From positions 30,078,178-30,142,177 of the forward strand of contig NC_068986.1 of NCBI RefSeq assembly GCF_001194135.2: DNA of 64,000 nucleotides. Reading direction: 5' to 3'. A model generated the notes under the pieces. The model had not been told where the DNA came from and made no database searches. It saw only the letters and a program-made list of their open reading frames with translations. A program made the position numbers and the translations under genes. Origin of the DNA: Octopus bimaculoides. Its lineage: Eukaryota. Shown piece after piece: positions 1 through 12,859 of the stretch; position 1 is the first letter of the stretch; each line of letters opens with the position of its first letter.

Positions 1-138
1 CTTGTAGCTTTGAGAATTGAATAATATGATACTAATAGAATGACATGGTACAAAGATCTAGTTGTAAGATCTAGCTTGAACATAAAACAGGAAGAATATT
101 TGAACTGGATATGGCTGGTTTAACTACTAAAGGATTAA
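1..138 (+). mobile_element. 3' part of piggyBac-type MITE (family P1), truncated by window start
   Basis: Ends ...ggatatggctggtttaactactaaaggATTAA, matching the right end of the copy at 16111-16338 (aatgctaaaggg+TTAA). Confidence 0.7.
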
Positions 139-629
139 ACATATAAATATACTTAAAAAAAGCAAGTCAAAGATATTATTATCATGTGGCTATGATGCTC
201 AAAATATGCATGCCTACAATTATACAAAATATACCTAAGGCTGCAACAGTGAAGGAAACTGACTTTAATTCTAAATTTTTATCTTCAAATCTCTGAAATT
301 TATGTTGAATTTTCAACCAGCAGTTGGGTTCAGTTCCAGCATTCAAGTGCTTTGACATGTAAATGTTTATGCTTTTGTTAACCAACCATTTTAGCCTCTG
401 GTGCAGATTCTGATTATGGCATTATTCTGCAGAGTTGAACTCATGCTTCTGACTCCGTTTAAGTGGCCCAATTACTTTCAGTAAAATTATATTTTATATT
501 TTGGCTCACATTTTTGACATGAATGCTTGAGGCTGCAAAAGTGGAGAAAAACTGGCATTTAATTGCAAATCTTTAAACGTGTATGCATGTATGTATGAGT
601 GAGTGGATTCTATGTACATACATATATGC

Positions 630-677
630 ATCATACATACATATGTACATACATATGTACGTACATACATACATACA

Positions 678-711
<34 letters not shown>

Positions 712-722
712 CATATATACAT
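630..722. repeat. (CATA)n/(TA)n microsatellite
   Basis: Visible tandem tacatacata array. Confidence 0.95.
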
Positions 723-1173
723 ATTGTTGCTATTATGTAAAAGTGCCGTTTAGTCCAAAACGTTGCTTTTTAGGAAAACGAGAATGTAGTTTTACCATTC
801 CATTTCTTTTTACATTAGCAACAGTTTCAGCTTAACAATAATAGTTTGTTGGGTGCATAAAATTGTAACTCCATGCATGTATGATATTTTCAGTCAAAAA
901 TATTTTAACAAGACTGTTGTATTTGGAACTTACTACACTTTTGAAAAATGCTAGGCCATTGTACTATATTTTGACAATTTTCATATCTTGGCATCTGAAG
1001 CAGCTGGAGATACAATAGTTTGACTAAAAGAACTGGCTATTGCAAGCAAAATTAAATAGTGAAAAAACACATTTGGTCAAATTTGGACTTATGACAATTT
1101 AACATAATAGCAACAATATATATTTATAAAACTGTTAGTTCTCCAAGAGAAGTTTAAAAAATTACCTGGCCAA

Positions 1174-1205
<32 letters not shown>

Positions 1206-1432
1206 CGTGTGTGTGGGTGTATATTCTTGCTATGGAAGAACTGTGAGGAATATACACAAAGTTATTGGTTGCACTGCGTGAATGTCAAACCAAATCTACA
1301 ATTTCAGACATTTTAAAGTTCACAACCATGAAACAGCTTACAGCCATATAACAGATGCATATTAATTCACACAGGCTGAGTTAATTTTCATATTGATATT
1401 AATATGACAATCATTAATAAACGGGATACAAT

Positions 1433-1665
1433 AAGGTGGTAAGCTGGCAGAACCTGTAGCATGCCAGGCAAAATGCTTAGCGACATTTTGTCAGTCATTA
1501 CATTCTGAGTTCAAATTCCACTGATGTCAACTTTGCCTTTCATCCTTTCAGGATCAATAAAATAAGTACCAGTTACGCACTGGGGTCAATGTAATCAACT
1601 TAAACCCTTTGTCTGTCCTTGTTTGTCCCCTCTATGTTTAGCCCCCTGGGGGCAATAAAGAAATA
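1433..1665 (+). mobile_element. tRNA-derived SINE family A, short variant
   Basis: aaggtggtaagctggcagaa...ttctgagttcaaattcc...gcctttcatcc...aagtaccagtt...aaagaaata; same sequence recurs more than 15 times in the window; B-box-like gagttcaaattcc. Confidence 0.9.
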
Positions 1666-1984
1666 ATTATAATGACTAAAGGAAGACTCAGTTTCACAGA
1701 GTGGAAGCAATTTGTGGCAGGAACATTAACTGGTCAGGCAGATGAAGATTTTTTTCATGCCACCATCATTCTCATCATCATTGCTATTGGTACGATCAAT
1801 TTTAGTATCTATTTTTCCTATGTTGGTATGAATTGGTGGACACTTCTGCAATACAGCATTTCTCCAGCATGATGCTGAGTCATCTGTCAAGTCTGTTCCA
1901 ACACACAGACATGTCTAATTTAGAACAAGACTGAATGAATTAAAAGCGGACTTAGATTACTGATAAATGACTACTCAAATGGAA

Positions 1985-2006
1985 CTACTACTACTACTAC
2001 TACTAG

Positions 2007-2061
<55 letters not shown>

Positions 2062-2092
2062 GCTATTGCTGCTGCTGCTGCTGCTGCTGCTG

Positions 2093-2142
<50 letters not shown>
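1985..2142. repeat. Compound (CTA)n/(CTG)n trinucleotide microsatellite
   Basis: Visible array; source of the spurious poly-L and poly-S ORFs. Confidence 0.95.
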
Positions 2143-2272
2143 GACTAATGTAGTATTGATCGAACAATGACTCAAAATTGTCTTTTTGTCTCAATATTAC
2201 ATCACCAGACAGACAAATAAACAACAAAACTATGAATATTGATTCTAATCCAGTGTTAGCTTATTATTGGCT

Positions 2273-2310
<38 letters not shown>

Positions 2311-3040
2311 GAAAATAGTACCAATTTGACTTATTTATTCTTTTACGCTTCCTCTCAGATTTCATCCCGCCATTATATCATATCCAATCCTTCAACTATC
2401 ATCTAGTTATCGCAAATATAAAAAAAAAAAGATTTTTACCCCTACCCACACACACAGAGAGAAAAGGAGAAAATATAGAAATTATTTGTCTGTTTCCTAA
2501 TTGGACAACACAATGTCTAAATATTCTCCAATAAGATATAGGCTAACTCTAGAAATCTGATATTGATCAGATATTTAGAATAATAACTTCATCAATGGCT
2601 TCTAGATATTTATTTGATAATCAATCACGAATGGCATGCTTCTGCTGATTTCCAAAACTGGAATGATAAACTTTTTGAAAAATTAGCCATTGTTTCCCTG
2701 GGTGGAACTATTTTTTACTTTCCCTTCCTCAATGTATATTAAATTATCTTCAGTGAGTATTTGATTATATATGATACATATATATACATATATATANNNN
2801 NNNNNNNNNNNNNNNNNNNNNNNNNNNNNNNNNNNNNNNNNNNNNNNNNNNNNNNNNNNNNNNNNNNNNNNNNNNNNNNNNNNNNNNNNNNNNNNNNNNN
2901 NNNNNNNNNNNNNNNNNNNNNNNNNNNNNNNNNNNNNNNNNNNNNNNNNNNNNNNNNNNNNNNNNNNNNNNNNNNNNNNNNNNNNNNNNNNNNNNNNNNN
3001 NNNNNNNNNNNNNNNNNNNNNNNNTATATATATATATATA

Positions 3041-3145
<105 letters not shown>

Positions 3146-3285
3146 GTGTGTAGTGTGTGTGTATGTATGTATATATATATATATATCTCAATGCAAAGAT
3201 GTATTAAGGCAATGAATCATTGACCGTAAAAGAGAAATGTGTGTGTGTGTGTGTGTGCATGTGTGTATGTATATATGTATATGTA

Positions 3286-3322
<37 letters not shown>

Positions 3323-3964
3323 GTGTGTGTATAAGTATAATATATGTATATATATACATGCAGACAGTCAAATCTTCCCAACACAAAAAGAAATAGTATT
3401 CATACATACATACATATATATACATATATATATATACATACATACATACATATATGTGTGTGTGTGTTTGTATGTATATATGTATGTATACTATTTCTTT
3501 TTACTTTTTGTGTTGGCTGGATTTGACTACGTCTGCATTGCAGCATCTCTTCTGGTCTCTTAATCTGGTGCCGTTATGCCAATGGAGCTGAAAAGACCAA
3601 GGTCTAAACCTAACTATTTCATTGTTTTCTGTAGTCTCACCCTGCTACACATCTTTTCCACCCACAATGAAGCATTTCCCCCAACATCTCATCTTATTAT
3701 GTTTCTGTACCAAATGAATAGTCTATCCTGCATTGTCCAATGGTTTTTGTCGCTTCATTTGTCTTAATTCTCTTACTTTTCTGGTATATTATCATTGTAT
3801 ATTGACCAGATTACACCCAATACTTTTTTTATTCCAACCACTGAAAATTTTGCACATTTACTGCCCTGTTGTTTTACATTTGTATCATATATTTCTTTTA
3901 GTGTATCTTTCACTTAGAAAGGGAAACTCTTTATTATGAAGGATGTTAATAAGTCGTTCTCTCT

Positions 3965-4183
3965 CTACTCTTTACTCTTTTACTTGTTTCAGTCATTTGA
4001 CTGCGGTCATGCTGGAACACCGCCTTTAGTTGAGCAAATCGACCCCAGGACTTATTCTTTGGAAGCCTAGTACTTATTCTATCGGTCTCTTTTGCCGAAC
4101 CGCTAAGTTACAGGACGTAAACACACCAGAATCGGTTGTCAAGCGATATTGGGGGCACAAACACAGACACACAAACATATACG

Positions 4184-4225
<42 letters not shown>

Positions 4226-4385
4226 TACGATGGGTTTCTTTCAGTTTCCGTCTACTAAATCCACTCACAAGGCTTTGGTCGGCCCGAGGCTATAGTAGAA
4301 GACACTTGCCCAATGTGTCACGCAGTGGAACTGAACCGAGAACCATGTGGTTTGTAAGCAAGCTACTTACCACACAGCCACTCCT
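3965..4385 (-). mobile_element. tRNA-derived SINE family B, full length
   Basis: Reverse complement of ggagtggctgtgtggtaagtagcttgc...gtggcaccttgggcaagtgtcttctactatagcc...gaaacaagtaaaagagt, with an internal (TA)/(TG) tract. Confidence 0.9.
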
Positions 4386-4600
4386 TAACTCTTTTTATAC
4401 CAACTTGCCTGAGATCCTCTCTCGTTCTATGACACAAGTTTCCTGCTTTAAAATAATTGAGATTACAATCTTCCAAAAAAAAAAAAAAACCATTATACAA
4501 GATTTATTGAGATAAAGTTATTTTACTAAATTCTTAATTATTTTCAAAATTAACTGAAATAAAAGCAATGTATTTCAACAGAAATACAGTAATAAAAGAC
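4385..4600 (+). mobile_element. TTAA-flanked MITE family P2, degenerate
   Basis: Starts TTAActctttttatacc; body shared with 38069-38303 and (minus) 24975-25181, including ttattttactaaattcttaattattttcaaaattaactgaaa and tatttcaacagaaat. Confidence 0.65.
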
Positions 4601-4781
4601 TACACTTGTGACATTCTTCTTAAACCCTGGCTTCTATAAGAGATGAAGCTCTGTCTCTTGTACTAATTATTTAATGATGGCTACCTTACTCAGGGGCACA
4701 ACTAATCAGTCCATAACCTTTAAATCCATAGCTGTTCTAGTTTATCTTGAGTGCCTAACGTTTTGATTCTGTGTCAATTTG

Positions 4782-4865
4782 TCAGATAATCCCTCTGCAC
4801 TCTTTATATACCCATTGTTTGCATTGACTACACAGTATCATATTCCTGCTTCTCTTTTTCCAGCA
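4782..4865 (-). mobile_element. RTE LINE ORF fragment, Cys-rich segment
   Basis: Translates RNMILCSQCKQWVYKECRGI, resembling the C-x2-C-x2-W-x-H/Y-K-x-C motif I recall from mollusc RTE ORFs. Confidence 0.5.
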
Positions 4866-5702
4866 CACATAAATAGATGTTCTAAATAATATGCACACAA
4901 ACATGTATACACTTTTTATGCCTACAGTCAAAGAAATCTCATACACACATCCATAATACACATGTGTATACACATAGAAACACATACATACACACAACAC
5001 ATACACACACACACACACACACGTGTGTACATATACAGCATATATGCACAAGCACTATCATTTCCTCACAAGCTGTTATCACACATCCTTTCACAGTCTC
5101 AGAGGTTTCAAATTCAATTTGTTAATTTTCTCAAAGGTTGATATCCTAATTCTCACAGACTTTCTCACAGTTTAATATATCACCCATATGTACCACAGTC
5201 TCTTCTGTCTCTCCCTGCATCACTCTTATTCTATCTTATTGAAATTTTCCTTCTCTCTCTCTCACCAATGCCATCCATGCTTCTCCCTACAATATTTTAT
5301 GGCTCTCTTATTCTGTTTCACAGAAATTCTATTGCCACTTTTCTGCTGTTTTACTTATATACTAAAATATACGATGCACTTAAAATGCTTGCTTTGCTAA
5401 AACCTTCAGACCATTATTAATAAAAGAATAAACTGCTGCAGCCTCTTTGGTGACATTAATATTTGATTATCCAGTGCCTAAGCTACATATAAATCATGGA
5501 ATAGACATTTCAAGTTTATAGATTGTATAACTAACTTAGTCATAAATTAGTATTAATGTTAAGGATCATGTTAAAATGTTTATAACTTCCATTGATGCAT
5601 TCAAGCATGCTAATATATAAATATATCGAAGCATTGTGTGTATATGTGAGTGTATGCATATGGGCTAACATGTATTTGTATATATATGTGTGTGTATATA
5701 TG

Positions 5703-5809
<107 letters not shown>

Positions 5810-5919
5810 ACATATGTATATATAATACATGTTTGCATGCATGTGTGTGTGTAACTACTGAGTTATCAAACTACTGGACCAAGTTTTGAAAATATCACTT
5901 AAAGCACAACTAAATAGGA

Positions 5920-6040
5920 AGAAATTAAATAAGATACTATTTGACTTTGTGCCAGGACAGGATTTTGCTGATGGTTCTTTCTTGGTGAGACAACTACAAG
6001 AGAGGTTTTTATCAAAGAGCAAGCCACTATATTTAACATT
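5920..6040 (+). mobile_element. RTE LINE reverse-transcriptase fragment
   Basis: LFDFVPGQDFADGSFLVRQLQERFLSKSKPLYLTF matches the RT segment QFGF-PG-STTDAIF-VRQLQEKY-AK-KPLY-AFVD; cut by a SINE A at 6042. Confidence 0.75.
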
Positions 6041-6041
6041 T

Positions 6042-6260
6042 AAGGCAGCGAGCTGGCAGAAACATTAGCATGCTGGGCAAAATGCATAGCAGTATTTCAT
6101 CTCTTTACATTCTGAGTTCAAATTCTGCTGAGGTCGACTTTGCCTTTCATCGTTACGGGGTCGATAAATTAAATACCAGTTGAGTACTGGGGTTGATCTA
6201 ACCAACTGGCCCTGCTCCCCCAAAATTTCAGGCCTTGTACCTAGAGTAGAAAAGAATATT
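6042..6260 (+). mobile_element. SINE family A, long variant ending gtagaaaagaatatt
   Basis: Family A head and core, 3' end cctagagtagaaaagaatatt. Confidence 0.9.
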
Positions 6261-6344
6261 TGGGGAAGATCTTTGATAGAATACCACACACTGTTGTAGT
6301 CTTGTGACCATTAAAATTATGAAGTGCAGATGAATGCCTCTCAA

Positions 6345-6738
6345 GAGTTGTTCAAGCCACACACAAAGATATGATCAACAAGCAATTTTAATCTATTCTA
6401 CACATTTCCAAATGTAAACCAATTGAAGAAATTTTTGATATGGTCTCTATAACTTCAATCTCAAATTCACCAAAATTATTTGTGCATTGAGGAATTAAAT
6501 TTTCCCAAACAGCTTTCATATTCCTGGATGTTTAGTCATGCTATGCATCATTAATTCTTTCCATTGCATTCTTTGTGTTAATTCTCTGCTGTAAGGCTTT
6601 AAGCTCAATTGCATTTTCTTTCATTCTTTTATAACCTGGACAAAATTTGTGTATAAGTAATTATCATTTTTTGTTGATATCACTCCCTGATTCACTGGTT
6701 GCAAGTTGTGTCATTGTGTCGTTCTTCTGGGGTCAGCA
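6345..6738 (-). mobile_element. pogo/Tigger-like transposase fossil, segment 3 (C-terminal DDE part)
   Basis: Minus translation LQPVNQGVIST..YL..F (cf. QP-DQGVI) then NAMERINDA*HD*TSRNMKAVWENLIPQCTNNFGEFE; several stops. Confidence 0.75.
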
Positions 6739-7104
6739 AATAAAGCACCAGCCTTACATGGTAGACTGATAAAATCAATAGAGTACTGGACAAGTGGCTT
6801 TTCAGTATTTGGTTTGGCTCTTTGTGCTATGAGTTCAAATATCACTGTGGCCTACATGGATGGCAGACTTGCTCTGTCATTCAGTTTAACACTGTTGCCT
6901 GGCTCCTGGGTGCCTTTAGTAGAGTGCATTCTATTGCAAGCATTAAGACTAGGTGTTCAGTATGAGGATCCCTTTTCCCTTCCCTACCACCAGTCTCAAT
7001 GACCCTGTAAAAGATCATGAGCATCATCCTTTCTCACGACTAAGCAGAAAAGAAAAAAAATCAGTGCTAAAAACAACCTTAACTGCTTAAGTAACCAAGC
7101 AACA

Positions 7105-7493
7105 TAGGTGCATGCATAACTGTAGTTTGCTTCCTAACCACATGGTTCTGGGTTTAGTCCCACTGCATGGCACTTTGGGCAAGTGTATTCTACTATAGCC
7201 TCAGGCCAACCAAAGCCTCATGAATGGATTTAGTAGATGGAAACTGAAAGAAGCCCATCATATACACATATGTCTTTGTGTTTGTGTTTGTCTCTCAACA
7301 CCACCTGACAACTAGTGTCAGTGGGTTTATGTCCCCATAACTTAATGGTCTCGTAGAAGAGACCAATTGGATAGTTACCAGTCTTAAAAAAACATAATTC
7401 TTGGGCTCAATACACTCGACTGAAATTCTTCAAAGAATTGCCCCAGCGTGACCGCAGTCTAGTGACTGAAACAAGTAAAAGATAGAAGATAAA
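7105..7493 (+). mobile_element. SINE family B, diverged, inserted in the pogo fossil
   Basis: aaccacatggttctgggtttagtcccactgcatggcactttgggcaagtg...gactgaaacaagtaaaagata. Confidence 0.85.
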
Positions 7494-7499
7494 GAGCAG

Positions 7500-7900
7500 T
7501 TGGGTGACCCAGGGAATTGTCCAAAATTAATTAAAGTTTAAAATCTCAATTTATCAACTTACAATATCTTTTGGCTTTAGGACAGAAACTATTCTTGTGC
7601 CAAACTTCAAATAAAGATTTTATTACACAAGTATTTTTTTATAATTATCAGATTTCTAATAAGATGATGTTAAATGTTTTCTGAACCCTTTAAAAGTGCA
7701 TAAATTTACCAATCGATAGATCAGCATGAGTTTTAATTTCAAATCACTTGTAACATTTCCATCTATTAAAAGTGTTAAGCAATCATTGACTGTTTTGAAT
7801 CTTTGAATCTAGTTTGCCGTTTTACTTTCTTTGCCATAATTTGTCTTATGAGGCATTTGTTTCCAGAATTCATTTCACCAACGTTTATAATTTGTTTCAG
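7500..7900 (-). mobile_element. pogo/Tigger-like transposase fossil, segment 2 (DDE core)
   Basis: LKQIINVGE (cf. QVFN-DE), DCLTLLIDGNVTSDLKLKLMLIY (cf. DRLTLLLGGNA-GDFKLKPLL-Y), FEVW..SFCPKAKRYC, LILDNSLGHP (cf. LL-LDNAPGHP); frameshifts and stops. Confidence 0.85.
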
Positions 7901-8084
7901 GCATGGCTGTCTGATAAGACGCTTGCTTCCCAACCACATTCTTGGGTCTGGGTTCTGTCCCACTACAATGCACCTTGGTCAAGTGTCTTCTACTATAGCT
8001 TCAAGTTGACCAAAGCCTTATGAATGGATTTGGTAGATGAAAACTGTAAGAAGCCCATTGTATATACATCTGTGTGTATGTATA

Positions 8085-8121
<37 letters not shown>

Positions 8122-8370
8122 ATGCATGCATGCGTGCTTGTGTGTGTGTGTGTGCATGTGTGTCTTTCTCCTCCACCACTCCTTAGCAACTGATGTTGGT
8201 TTGTTTATGTTACCTTAACTTAGCAGTTCAGTAATAGAGACCAATAGAATAAGTATGATGCTTAAAAAAAATAAGTCCTGGGTCGATTCATTCAGCTAAA
8301 AAGTCTTCAATGCGGTGCCCCAGCATAGCCACAATCTAATAAGTGAAACAGATAAAAGATAAAAGATAAA
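7900..8370 (+). mobile_element. SINE family B inserted in the pogo fossil
   Basis: Full family B sequence with expanded internal (TG)n; separates ...TIENGVY from LKQIINVGE in the transposase frame. Confidence 0.85.
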
Positions 8371-8915
8371 CACCATTTTCAATAGTTTTTCTTTTTTTTT
8401 TCTTAATTTGGTAGGTTATCCAGTGCTGCATTATCATTTGCATATGTACTTCCAACAGTTTTGGCATTATAGATTCCAGATAATTTTCTAAACTTGTTGA
8501 ACTTCCAGGAAAATTTCCATCCCTTTCAGCTTTAGTTTTGATTTCTTCTCTCCATTTTCTTAAGGCTGCTATGAAGAGACAGGCAGCTTTCATTCTGGTG
8601 GTCATTTGACTTAAAATGAATGTACTTATAACAACAATCTTTGATCCAAATTAACAAAAAGACATTCTTAAATCATTGCAATGCTTTTGTTACTTGTGGT
8701 TTGGAAATCTGATGCTGATGCAGCACTTTTCCCTGTTCTTTATAAAGATTCGTGCTCTGAATAATTATTATTATGCACTGTTCATTTACAAATAGTGTGA
8801 TCACATGCTATTTTAGCTTTAGTAACACCACTTTCATGCTTGCTGTTTTACTAGTTTTTCTTCCAGTCCTCAACTTTTTTCTCCTTCTCACTGTAACCAT
8901 TTGTACTAGCATTAC
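8371..8915 (-). mobile_element. pogo/Tigger-like transposase fossil, segment 1 (N-terminal HTH/CENP-B-like DNA-binding region)
   Basis: Frameshifted pieces KHESGVTKAKIACDHTICK*TV (HTH-like), ILSQMTTRMKAACLF, KFSWKFNKFRKLSGIYNAKTVGSTYANDNAAL (cf. S-GWF-KFK-RSGI-N-K--GEAASAD--AA). Confidence 0.7.
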
Positions 8916-9652
8916 TCAACTAGAAGTCTTAGAGAATCTCATGGTTTTGGAAATCCAGAAAACCCTTCATTATTCTGACTTTGAATAACATGGTTCTCAT
9001 ATAAACATGGTTTGTAAGTTAATATCAAATCTCTCCAAACACAAAATGTATATACACAGCATGCAAACAATATGACTTCGATTAAGAACTTGATTGAGAA
9101 AATATACATTGTGCTGATTCATAAAATAATCTAAAAAATCTGTTGGTAAATTTAACTTTCTATCTGATTTGAAATGAACCATGAACTTTATCAACATCAA
9201 TCAATTTTTATAAAAATTTTAATACATAAATATTCTTTAAATGTTTCCTCATGCTAATATTATTTTTCATCTGTACTGAGAAATAAAACATAGAAGAAAA
9301 TTCATCAATCTTTTCAAATGTTTTTATTTACTTCCAGAAACTCTTTCAAGTGCTTTTATTTGCTTGGTCTTCTGAAATATATCAGACTGAAGAGAAAGTG
9401 AAACTTCTGAAAAAGTCTGTTTATGATTATAGAGAGAATAGATACTCAAATAAGGAGGGGGGAAAAAAATTAGCTCATTAAAAATAGTCACAGAAATAAA
9501 GTATTATTATTTTTGATTTTCCATTATTTTATGAGAAAAGGAGAGAACAAGGTACAGAGTTTTTCTTGCAATGATTCTTTGCTTTGCAAAGAATTTGGAT
9601 TAACCAATGAAATTAATTTATATCAATACATACACATACACACAAGGTATTT

Positions 9653-9705
<53 letters not shown>

Positions 9706-10828
9706 AGATATATTTCAAAATCAAAGAAACATTATTTCTAAATTATTTTTATTACAATAAATCTTATTTTAAAAAAAGCTATAGTTATTAAAACATCACC
9801 TCTCCATTATTTTATTTATTTACTCCATTGCCAAAGTGTAAGCTACAGTTAGAGTTCCAGACACCACTTTTGCTCTTCATTGTCTGTTACCACGTGGTGT
9901 TGATGACAGCTATTCCACTTGGTCTTTCACCAACTGAATCTGATTAGAGATGTACATAAATATATATTGGTGAAGGTAGGGCGCAGTGTTGGAAATCCCT
10001 GCAGAATATGTATATGATTTGTTGATGTCTGCTTTGCAAAGTTCACATGTGATCTGCTGTTCCACTTAACAGCAAAAATTCTCAATCCATTGGCAATAAG
10101 CATTAAGTTGCAAGAAAGAAGCCTAGGAGCACACAGCATACTGACAAGCTCTGCCGTCGTCTGTCACCAGGGAGTGATCAAACCAACCATAAAATGGCTT
10201 CTGGGTTTTGCAAAATCTTGTCATCACCATAGTTATTATCATGACAGTCATGGGTGTCATTGTCGTCTTCGTTATTGTTGTCATTGTCATCGTTGTCACC
10301 GTCGTCGTCATCATCATCATCATCCTCATTATCATCATTGTAATCATCACCTTTCTAGTGCATACTATCTTGTCATTTCTCTCACTTCTGAAATTTATTT
10401 ATTTATTTCTGCTGCTTTTATATAGCTTTTCATGGCTGCTTTTATATAGCTTTTCATGGCTGCTCAATCAAAGCTGACTTGAAGCTGAACAGTGACTATT
10501 TAAATGATGATCATTAAAAAAAAATTTTTTTTTTAAATAAAAATGAACATTTTTAGAGAGAATGTTTCTAAATTGATCTAAAACATCAAGGAATTAATTT
10601 TACATGTTGCTCAAATTTACAATGTTAGGACAGTATTGGTAATAGTGGTTGATATAATTGATTAAAAGTCTTGGAGGCATTGTCACAGCTGAAACCGGTA
10701 AAAGGAAAAAAAAAAAAAGTTAACTGAATAAATATTTTACTAAAATCAATCAAGGAGTTAATAAATATCTAGCAATAACGATAATGATGATTTATGTGCA
10801 TTTCATACTTTTGAATCTTATCTCTCAT

Positions 10829-11014
<186 letters not shown>

Positions 11015-11072
11015 ATATTATCGATATTATTATTTAATTGAATGCCACACATCCATTTCCAAGTAGGTCTAT

Positions 11073-11124
11073 ATGCTAGCATGGAAAGCGGACGTTAAAC
11101 GATGATGATGATGATGATGATGAT
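11073..11124 (+). mobile_element. RTE LINE extreme 3' end with (GAT)n tail
   Basis: atgctagcatggaaagcggacgttaaac(gat)n, identical to the 3' end of 27756-28726. Confidence 0.85.
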
Positions 11125-11147
11125 ATATATATATATACATATATATA

Positions 11148-11520
11148 TCATCATTTAACATCCATTTTCCATATTGGCAAGGGTTGGATGGTTTGATTAA
11201 AAACTGATAAGCTGAGGAGCTGCACATGGTTCCAATCTGATTTGGCATGGTTCCTACAGCAGGATGCCCTTCCTAATACCAACCACACTATGGGTGCCAG
11301 TTACGAAACACCAGCACCGGCCACAACTATGATCTCACTTGGCTTGACAGGACTTCTCAAGTACAGTATATTGCCAATAGTCTTAATCACTTGTCACTGC
11401 CTCTGTAAAGCCCAAAGTTCAAAGGCTGCTTTTTACATGTCACTGACATGGGTGCTAGTTATGTTACATTGGCATTGGCCACAACTACAGTTTCCCTTTG
11501 CTTGACAGGTCTTGGACTTC
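11148..11520 (-). mobile_element. RTE LINE 3' UTR fragment, diverged
   Basis: tcatcatttaacatccattttccat...ggatgcccttcctaatacc aaccac..., followed by degenerate tandem UTR subrepeats. Confidence 0.75.
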
Positions 11521-11665
11521 TTTTAGTCTCTGTCTACTAATTCCACAAGGCATTGGTTGCCCTGGGACTATAGTAGAAAACATCCAAAGTATCACACTGC
11601 AGAACTGAACCTGACACCTTGTGGTTGAAAGGCAAACTTCTTAACCACATGGCTACACCTACACC
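11520..11665 (-). mobile_element. SINE family B 5' half, contiguous with the RTE 3' fragment
   Basis: ccacaaggcattggttg...actatagtagaaaac...ttaaccacatggctacacct. Confidence 0.7.
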
Positions 11666-12859
11666 TTGTGTGTGTAAACAGCAATAGATTTGACTTCCAT
11701 TGGACAACATTTCCACTCACTAAAAAAACCTGTTATTTTTAGTTTCTCCTTTGTTTTTTTTTTTTATTTGTTAGTTTGTTTCCCAAAGTATTGTTTTCCA
11801 TCTACCAATCTATATTTGATTATCTACAGGTGAGGTCAAAATCTCACTCAAATTTGTTAATAATTTGTTACCTACATTCACAGTAAATAGATTGCCCTGC
11901 ACTTTTCTTTCAAGTAATTTCTTTTGAAATCTAGTTATCAATTACATGTAGTTGCCCTTGATTACTCAATATTTAATTGTTGTTTATTGATGCATATTGA
12001 TCTTGTTAAAGTAGGTGATTTATTTTTTTGTTGCTTTTTTTTTTGCATATGTATGTACAGTGTTTCTTTCTCTAAAGCTTAATATTCAAGTATACAACAT
12101 GTGCAATAGATTGTTATTTATCTCAATGATAGCAATGGTGGTGGTGGAATACAGTTATTGATAGTGTCTCGATAGTAGAGGAAGAGGTGTGTCTGACAAC
12201 AGGACAATGGTAGGGATGATACCTGTGGCAGTAGTGAGGCGGGGCAACATTAGTAATGTGTGTGATGATGACAATAGTTTTGTTGGCAGTGGTGGTGGCA
12301 GCGGGGATGATGTTTGAATTAATGATAACGAAAGAAATTAACTGAGCATAGAAAATTCATTTATGCATATGTTAGCCAAATTTTAGCATCTGAATCATCA
12401 AATTAATTAGGTGTTTTTTTTTTGTTATTCTATGCATGGCATAAGACCAAGAAACAAGTTAAGTTTTAAAAGATCATTTAATTTATATAATGAATAAATT
12501 AATATTTATTTAGGTGTTACCTTTGCAATAGAGCAGGAGCAAATTGCCAACGAAGTGACAGGGTTTCTTTGTTGTAGTTTATGCAGTGTCAAGTATTTTC
12601 TTCCATTATTCACATCAGTAAAATTAAATAGGGAATGTCAGCAACATTTTGTCACATATTATGAATATTTATACAAATATCAGAAACACAGATGTTCTTA
12701 GGTATGTGTACCAGTGCATGAATAATTAAAGACTCAACCTCACCTGAGGGGATATCTTTACTAATAACTTGGTGTATTTGCAGAAAGAAGGAAATGAGAG
12801 AAAAAAAAAGAAAGAAATGTGTGTGTGTGTGTATTTTAGCTGTATGGTTATTGTCATTG

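Noticed and set aside
2276-2308. A33 run as the tail of a processed retrocopy
   Set aside because: No recognisable upstream ORF or repeat, and no TSD found.
8336-8605. 89-aa ORF that looks like a host protein exon
   Set aside because: Better explained as a frameshifted piece of the pogo/Tigger DNA-binding region running into a SINE.
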